From NCBI GenBank assembly GCA_951406725.2, contig OX597818.1:102486001-102550000 (forward strand): a stretch of DNA of 64,000 nt, written 5' to 3'. Position numbers and translations under genes: made by a program. This DNA is from Octopus vulgaris (Eukaryota). The stretch's first letter is position 1. Each line of letters begins with the position of its first letter. Positions 56,166 to 64,000 of the stretch are shown piece by piece. Below the pieces are notes generated by a model. The model was given only the letters and a program-made list of their open reading frames with translations, ran no database searches and was not told the origin of the DNA.

Positions 56166-57207
56166 CTATTGAAATAATTCTCAGAAGCACCACCTACCAA
56201 TATGGATGAATATATATATTTTTTTTATATTAATACTAGTTATTAATATTTAACAAATGCCATATTTTGTTGGTATTATTATCATCACAATATCAATACA
56301 AGTGTATCGAGCTACATAAAGTATCGGTCACGCCTTCAGCTAAAAGAGGGGAAATTATACTGAGAAAATTGAGAGGCAAAGAGGAGAGTAGTGTTACTAG
56401 AGGAAGTTGGTAATGGCCAGAGAAAGAGGAGAACCGAACGCTCATATATATGGATATATTTCTGAGTGCGTGTGTATACGCGTGTGTACATATACATGTT
56501 GGTATGTATGTATGCTTTGTATGTGTGTGTGTGTGAACATGTATGCGTGCATACGTGTATGAATGAGGTGAATTTGTAATAGTTAGTTCTTACATAGGAG
56601 CTATTGTTTGAAATATCGTTCAATGGAGACTGAAGACGTTATTGTTGTAGCGGTTATATAGCAGTTACAAGTATTTTAGTTATTTGGCATTGGGCAAGAA
56701 TTCGTATATTTTAAAACCATCGACAATTCAAAGCACATGTGTGCATGTAACTTGTGTGATGTAGACAACGAAAACTGAAAATGGTACTACCATTCATAAA
56801 AGCAATCATTCAAATTGCCACTGCTACATTTCAATTCTCTCTTTAATTAAACTTGCCAATGAATTGCTGTTCTAGCAGATAACAACACACACACACATAC
56901 ACGTATGAGATCCATGTACACTGTGCTCATTTTTATAGTGATGCTCTGAATATCGGCGGTGAACATGATGACATGGATCACAGTGAATGACATTTGAGAG
57001 AGGGATATCAGGTGTAGTAGGAGGTGGAGGATGAGTAACAAATGCTAGTTGTGCAAATGGTGAGTATATGAACATCAATGAACAGCGCTATACGCGGCTG
57101 TACTTGGGAACAGACAAATACATACACAGACACACAAACACACATATATATATATATATATGCTTAAATTTCTGTGCGTGCGTGTGAGTATGTGTGTTGA
57201 TGACTCT

Positions 57208-57344
<137 letters not shown>

Positions 57345-59893
57345 ATAAGGGTGTGTGGATATGTCCAAATCTGAACATTATTTTCGCAAACCTCGGTATT
57401 GAAAATTGATTGCTTCACTCTATACTGTGTCTATTATAGCTTTAATAAAGCGTTTTTTTTTTCCTTTTTGGCGCTTCAGTGCAATGTTTGTGCGTATGCG
57501 TATTCATACAATACTTGACTATGTTAGAATAAGATAACAAATTACTGTTTCAATAGAAGAGAAAACGACCAAAAAATCCAGTAAGAACAGAGTGAATGCA
57601 TAAAACACAGAGAGATGTAGAGAAATAATACCATCAATGTTCGTTGAATCAGGTTGAGGAAAACCAACTTGACATAGTCAGGAGAGAGGAAATAGGCATG
57701 ATACCATAGAGAATCAGTGATGCTAATATGTGGAACGAATAAGAAATATTTAATGAAGTCAGTATGGTAAAATTGAGTGCTGAAGAAAGAATTATCGTTT
57801 AGAAATAGATACAAAAGGGAAACTACGGGTTGAAAGATAACGGCAGTGCATATGGGAAGTGATACTACAAGACAAGAAATACAGCTGTCAGACGAATGTG
57901 AAAAGAATGGAGTAAATGTGAATTATGCAAAGACAAAGAAGTTCAGCTGTTCGGTATTGCATTCTTCTCTGTCATGCTGAGAGACATCATGAACGACAAG
58001 ATGTCAGTTTTAAGATTCTATAACCGGAAATTTCTTGTGATTCTTCCTTCGCATCTCTAATTACAAACATTATAAATCTAACACAACAACGTAGTACTCT
58101 TTCTGCATTCAACGACAAGTATACCGCTGCAAGTTGAATATTTACCTCCAATAAAATCTTTAGCAAAATTATAGGAACCTTTGCATCAAAGAGAAAGCAA
58201 AAACCATGTGAACACTGGTGGATATGCGAGAAATTCCTCATTGTTTTGATTCATTGCTGAAACAAATCCAACAAAATATGACTGAGGCCCGAAATCAATG
58301 TTATAGTATATGAAGCCGTGCGATTGACAAAAGAAAGAGGATAATTCATCTCTGTTAACTACAAAGAACAGCTATGAAACTGATTTCAATGATGGATACC
58401 AGATGTTCTTGCAGTATTGGTTACAGATGAGCGATCACTACCACAGAACTGAAGCGGAGTGGTCATCCCATGGAATGCAGAGTGGCATCCCATTTCTTCT
58501 AATTCGGCCAATATTTGCTCATGGTTTCCTACACACTTGAGAGTAGTGATAATTACAAAAAACAAAAATACTTGAAAATAGTATCAACTGAGAAACAATA
58601 AATATTTTCAAGGAACTTCAGAAAAAAAAATACTTCACAAAATATTCGTTGGTATCCATCTTACCGGAGAAAGATTAGTTCGAGTGGATAACAGGTATAT
58701 TTCAAATTTCAACGAGTATCTTCCAATGAAGTAAAGAATACACAGTAACTGAAAGACCTTTATTTGCTAAAGAATATAAAGTGCATCTGAAATCACGTGC
58801 ACAAATATCAATGCTGTGTTTATGTGATGATGAAAAACATTGGTAATGTGGACGTTAATGATGCATACCGCAATCACAATAGCGAAAGCAAATACGCTCC
58901 TTTAGATAACAGCAGACCTCTGGAAGGAAAATGGCCCTTACGATCCAGGCGTGGCTCGAGAAGGAACAAACAATAGACATAGATGTGTTTGTGTGTCCCA
59001 GTGCATATATTTCTGTATGTGTATGTGTTCGTGTCTGTGCTTATTTATGTATATCATTGAAATGATACATGCTGAATTAGTTATATGCCGAAACAACTTG
59101 AATTATCTACGATTTGTACATATATAGACATTGTATATCATACAGTGTTGGGTGTAATTTCAGGTTAACGCCTACATACCACTGGCAAAACATTTTATTA
59201 GTGACAATTAACGAGTCGTCGAAGAAACTAGCACGATAAAAACAAACAAAGAAAACAAAATTTCTAGATTTAGGTAATTTTGTAAATTATTGCCTATGTA
59301 TGAGTTTGTATATCAGCAAAAGAATGTTATATAGGCTTTTTTTTTAATTTAAAGATATTATTCTCTAAGCTGCAAGATATTTCCTGGATTTCGGCGAATG
59401 CTTATCCATAGCATAAAGGCACCACCTGAAATCCAAATTTCAACTTATACCAAATTATTCCCATTTTACTCGACATTCCGTTTGAACGATCGTTGCCGTC
59501 ACTATTACATCTATACACACGGCCTCGAACTTCCACACAACCAATCTCTATAGTGTCACTATTTCCACTAATCTATTCCTGATTCTTATTGACACCACTA
59601 ATCATACTAATGTTTGAAGTTGGTATTACCATGTCTGGTATTGTTTGCTATTCCTGTACCTAATATACCAACCATATTTCTGTTTCACACATATATGTTT
59701 ATTTATTTCTTAGTTTACATCGTTATTTACCAATCTCACCATCTCCTATATATTGGTCCTATATCTGTGCAGCCAGTACATTTTTCCTCACTATTAGGAA
59801 TATGTATATATGTTTGTGTATATATGTGTGTGTGTGAAATATACACATATATATATATATATAAATATATTTATATATATATATATATATTTG

Positions 59894-59938
<45 letters not shown>

Positions 59939-60144
59939 GTTTGTATATGTAACTCTTTTGATGCTTATGCATGTTCTCTAATATTATTCCAGATTCATAT
60001 ATTCCCCTTTTCCTTTTTTCAGTGCAATAGTGTGCAATCGGTGATAATGGATGCCTGAAGCAAGACATGAGGAAAAGAAAACTATATCATTCATAATTTC
60101 AAAACTGGCAACGATTCTCATATGTATAAATTTATTATTAATAA

Positions 60145-60812
60145 TTATTTCCCATTTTTGCCACAAAGGCAGCTTGGGGGAGATGGGGGAGATGGGAGAG
60201 ATGGGGCGAATCCATTACATCACCACAAGTGTTCAACTGGTATTTATTTTATCGACATCTAAAGGATGAATGTTAAAGTCCGCCTGGTTGGAATTTGAAT
60301 TCAGACTGGGCGTAATGACGCTAAGCATTTCGTCCGGCGCGCTAACGGTTCTGTCAGCTCACCGCCTTATTTATTATTGATAATCCTTTCTATTATAGAC
60401 ACAAAGCGTTAAATTGTGCGGAGGGGGAATAGTCGATTACATCGACCCTAGTGTGTCACTGGTACTTAATTTATCGATCCCGAAATGATGAAAGGGAAAA
60501 TCGACCTTGGCGGAATTTGAACTGAGAACGTAGCGACGAGAGAAATACCGCTAATAATTTTGCCCGTCTTGCTAACGATTCTTATTTCTTTATTGTCCAC
60601 AAGAAGCTAAACATAGAGGGGACAAGCAAGGACAGACAAAGGAATACAATCGATAACATCGACCCCAGTGCGTAACTGGTAATTAATTTATCGACCCCGA
60701 AAGGATGAAAGTCAATGTGGACCTCGGCGGATTTTGAACTCAGAACTTAAGGACTGACGAAATACCGCTAAGCATTTCGCTCGGCTTGCTAATCATTCTG
60801 CCAGCTCGCTAC
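60145..60812 (-). mobile_element. Three head-to-tail SINE family 2 copies
   Basis: ttatcga...ggatgaa...tttgaa(c/t)tcag...gctaa motif block occurs three times. Confidence 0.85.
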
Positions 60813-61099
60813 CTATATTATGGTTTGCATGCTCATTTTACCACATTTGTTCAGCTTTAATCTCGATATCTTGTTAGCTTTTTATTTATTATCAGAATTT
60901 CAAAGTAGTGTTCAATATGTTGGCGCCTTGAAGAAAGAATTCAATATATTATTTTATTTGTATTTGCATTTATAAAATCCTTTGCAAGGTGCACCTTTTT
61001 TTTTTAGCCGGACAGTGTGCATTTTACTGTAGTTTTCTAGGTAGATAATGCACTTCGCTCCCTTGATAAATATAATATTTCTCTCAGACTTTGTATGGT

Positions 61100-62200
61100 G
61101 CACTGTAAATACATCATTACTTTTCCTTGTCTGATGTTTCAAAAATTCATCGTTCGATCACATTCACGTGACGATATTGTAAATATAGCAAATAACTGCG
61201 AACACACTATTACTAATTTTGTTATTCCTGTCTTTCAATCACCTTTCCGTTGATATCCTGCTGGGATCGTGTTGCGAGGTATGATCTATACTGCAAACTT
61301 TGGCATCTATCACCTTAACTGTAGCCCCTGCTGCGCCCAGCACACAATCTTTCTGCAGAATAAGCAAATTCGTTTATATGCTCTTCAACATCAACCAGCC
61401 ATGTACACTTCTGGACATTTTTCTTTAGATTCTTCTTACAACGTTCTTGCTAACCTGTTAATGCTTCTAGATTCTTGAAAGTTCGATTTTTACTGTTCTA
61501 GTACTTTCCTGCTTTATTATGATACATGTCTGCAAGTCCTGTATCACGCATTGTGAAATATTGAATTGGCGGTATGGTAATTGTTCCTGCTCTGTGTACT
61601 ACAATATATGGTCGCGAATTATTTTTTTGCATCTACGTTTGAAATATCGTACCCAGAACTAATTTTAAATGGTAGTTTTCAAGGACTTGATCCATTTTGT
61701 GGTTACACAAATATTTTACGTACTCAAGATCATATATTTCCAAAGTACTTTTGTAACAAATCCATTATGCCTTAACTTGTTATAAACTTTCTAAGCAAAT
61801 ATCTTACATTCAAAGACAATATCCAATCCACCACAGCTCTTTCAACACAATCCTACAAGCAGATGAATTGTCTCCCTTTCTGTATATTTTTCCTGATATA
61901 TCTTATTCCGATTGTCTACATCATTCCATTTCGAGTATGCTTTCTATGAATTTCTTCAAAACTCTCTGATTTACCAAGTGAAATGGCATCCGATCTGATC
62001 ACTATTGAATACTTTGAAAAAAGAAATGGAAATATTTTCAAAATATTCTTTTTATATTTTTCTTCGTATTGTTCATTTGCAATTGAGACCTGCATTGTTT
62101 CCATCCTTCAAGTAATATCACTTCTCTTACTGCTGTCAAAAGCATGCTCTCGATTCATGTGAAACTGCACCTACTTCCAGATAGTTTTCAAGACTGGTCT
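61100..62200 (-). pseudogene. Possible highly decayed RTE-like LINE
   Basis: Only short motif-like translations such as QDINGKVIERQE. Confidence 0.25.
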
Positions 62201-64000
62201 ATTGAAATATAATGCTAGCAATTACATGTGGTGTAATACTCTGCGCAATGTCAGCATTCTTCCAATGTTCAGAAACCTTCCATTATTTCTCTGATAATTC
62301 CCCCCTCTGTTAACGAATATATCCCTTGAGTTTTCGCAGTAATAACTTCCAGATTAGTTTCTACAACACTCTATTCTATTACAATTCTTCTGTTGCTTTA
62401 TGTATTGCATACTTACATTCATAAAATGTTTGGTTGTTTCCAACCTCCTCTTTCCTGAGGATCGAATGCTGAAACGGCCGTATTACTGTATCAAAACTTA
62501 CATTTTTATCATCCAATTATTTTCCTTGTCTCCTTTTATTCGTAAATATGGTAGCAATATACTTAAACGTTTATAATAAAGATATTATATGTATGTGTAT
62601 AATGCAATACAACTTGTACTAGATTGCATGCTGATTTAGTTATTGACAAATAAATTAACAACCAATCCATGCTGGAGATCCTGGTAAATTGGGAAACCAA
62701 GAAAAATCAAGTCCCCGCGAGAGATGAAAACTTCCTAGTGTGTAATCGGTGCATATCCAAATATGTTTCTGAAGGACATATTAAGAATCAAGATGACTAC
62801 GGCGTATGATTATTAGCGAAAGCAGGTCCCTGAAATATAAACATAAAAATACGGTCGGAAATCCCATAAAGTCTTCGATTACATGTATTTTAATGCACAA
62901 CAGTCTTTGCGTGAACTTTCTTCTCATCATCTTTACGTCTACCCACGTAGCTATAAGGAAGCTATTTCATTATTTTATAGGGGATATCATAGATGTTACC
63001 GAGGCTAAGTGCGGATTAATAAAAAAAGGACTGGATTCAAATACTTATTTACAGTAATATATTTATTTTTTGCATGTATTGTATAATCATGTATGGATTA
63101 TTTGTTTGGGTGTTCTTGGCTAGCCTTAGATAAAGATCACGCAGATAGAAATCAAAGTATAATGAATTTCTAACATATAATATTAGATTTAGATTCTCAT
63201 AAACACTTCTCTTATTGTAAGGCTGACACAGAAAAGCAGAATTTTAAAATGCATTCTAACAACTCAGATAATAATAATGGAACACTTAACGCTTTTAATA
63301 AGTTCATTTCCATTTCATTATTTGACGAGACATTCTGTAACTATGCTGTTCATTATCGAAACAATGCCTTCTAGAAATTAGCTAATTGTGCAAAATACGC
63401 TGCGTACAGAACAGTGTCAACACTAAAAGAAAATGCAGAAATAGCAAACGACATAAGGCATAATATATTATCATTTCAGTATAACAAGTTCTTGAATTTC
63501 ATGTATTAAAATATTTAAAATATGCGCTGCACCAAAAGCATTGCTCTTTTTCATAAGCAGTGTAACCAAAAGTTCCACGACTAACATATAAAACGCTGAC
63601 CCTACATACAAGTTCAGTAGCACTAAGTACAAACTTACCGAATAAATTTCTATTTTTATTAAATTAGTTTATAGTAAAACTCATCTGGCAAGCAGGAGGA
63701 ACGCAAAGACTATATATAATTCATACTGAACGTACTTTCAACAATGTTTCTTTCGAAATATGCGTATGTTGTGGCACTTATAAAGAACTACCAACTTAAT
63801 AGCGATAGTTCCTTTAGTTCAAAAGAGAATATTATAATTACGAAATCGATTGCACTATTATAACATACGTTCTTTCACATTAACATAAATTACTCCCGAA
63901 GGTGTGATACTTGCCTTCAAACCTACGACATCCTATAACACTGTTTATAATGTACTAACAAAACGTTGTGTCTGGGGAATTGAACAGTCACTCTCATCCA

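Noticed and set aside
55835-56200. 121-aa Asp-rich ORF
   Set aside because: Degenerate (GAT)n repeat
57540-58000. Possible LINE RT remnant
   Set aside because: Only one short motif (GVNVNYAKTK); too decayed to call
62455-62485. CTGAGGA-N9-GAAA-cggccg-TA
   Set aside because: Palindromic stem III is suggestive, but neither stem I nor stem II pairs

Overview
AT-rich, microsatellite-dense eukaryotic non-coding DNA. The SINE families look like those of Octopus; this organism call is an inference from recall, not a database result. No intact protein-coding gene is visible, and almost all listed ORFs are (TA)n/(CA)n/(GATA)n artefacts. The window holds three abundant tRNA-derived SINE families and decayed transposon fragments: Tc1, TRT-like Tc1/mariner, Tigger, a MITE, Penelope-like RT and GIY-YIG, Dong/R4, RTE, copia and possibly BEL. 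The most striking signal is a set of short non-coding elements inserted in (TA)n tracts that carry type I hammerhead ribozymes (HHRs) with palindromic stem III. Two are young, near-identical tandem-plus-inverted arrays, a ~490-bp unit at 42303-43832 and a 353-bp unit at 43867-44632. In both, the inversion point lies 17-21 nt from the predicted cleavage site. A further intact HHR with an enlarged stem II lies at 9954-10046, with several decayed relatives and other fold-back insertions elsewhere, one enclosing a Penelope RT fragment. Together these suggest a retrozyme/Penelope-type RNA mobility system that targets TA microsatellites. All alignments and folds were done by eye, so coordinates of decayed elements are approximate.
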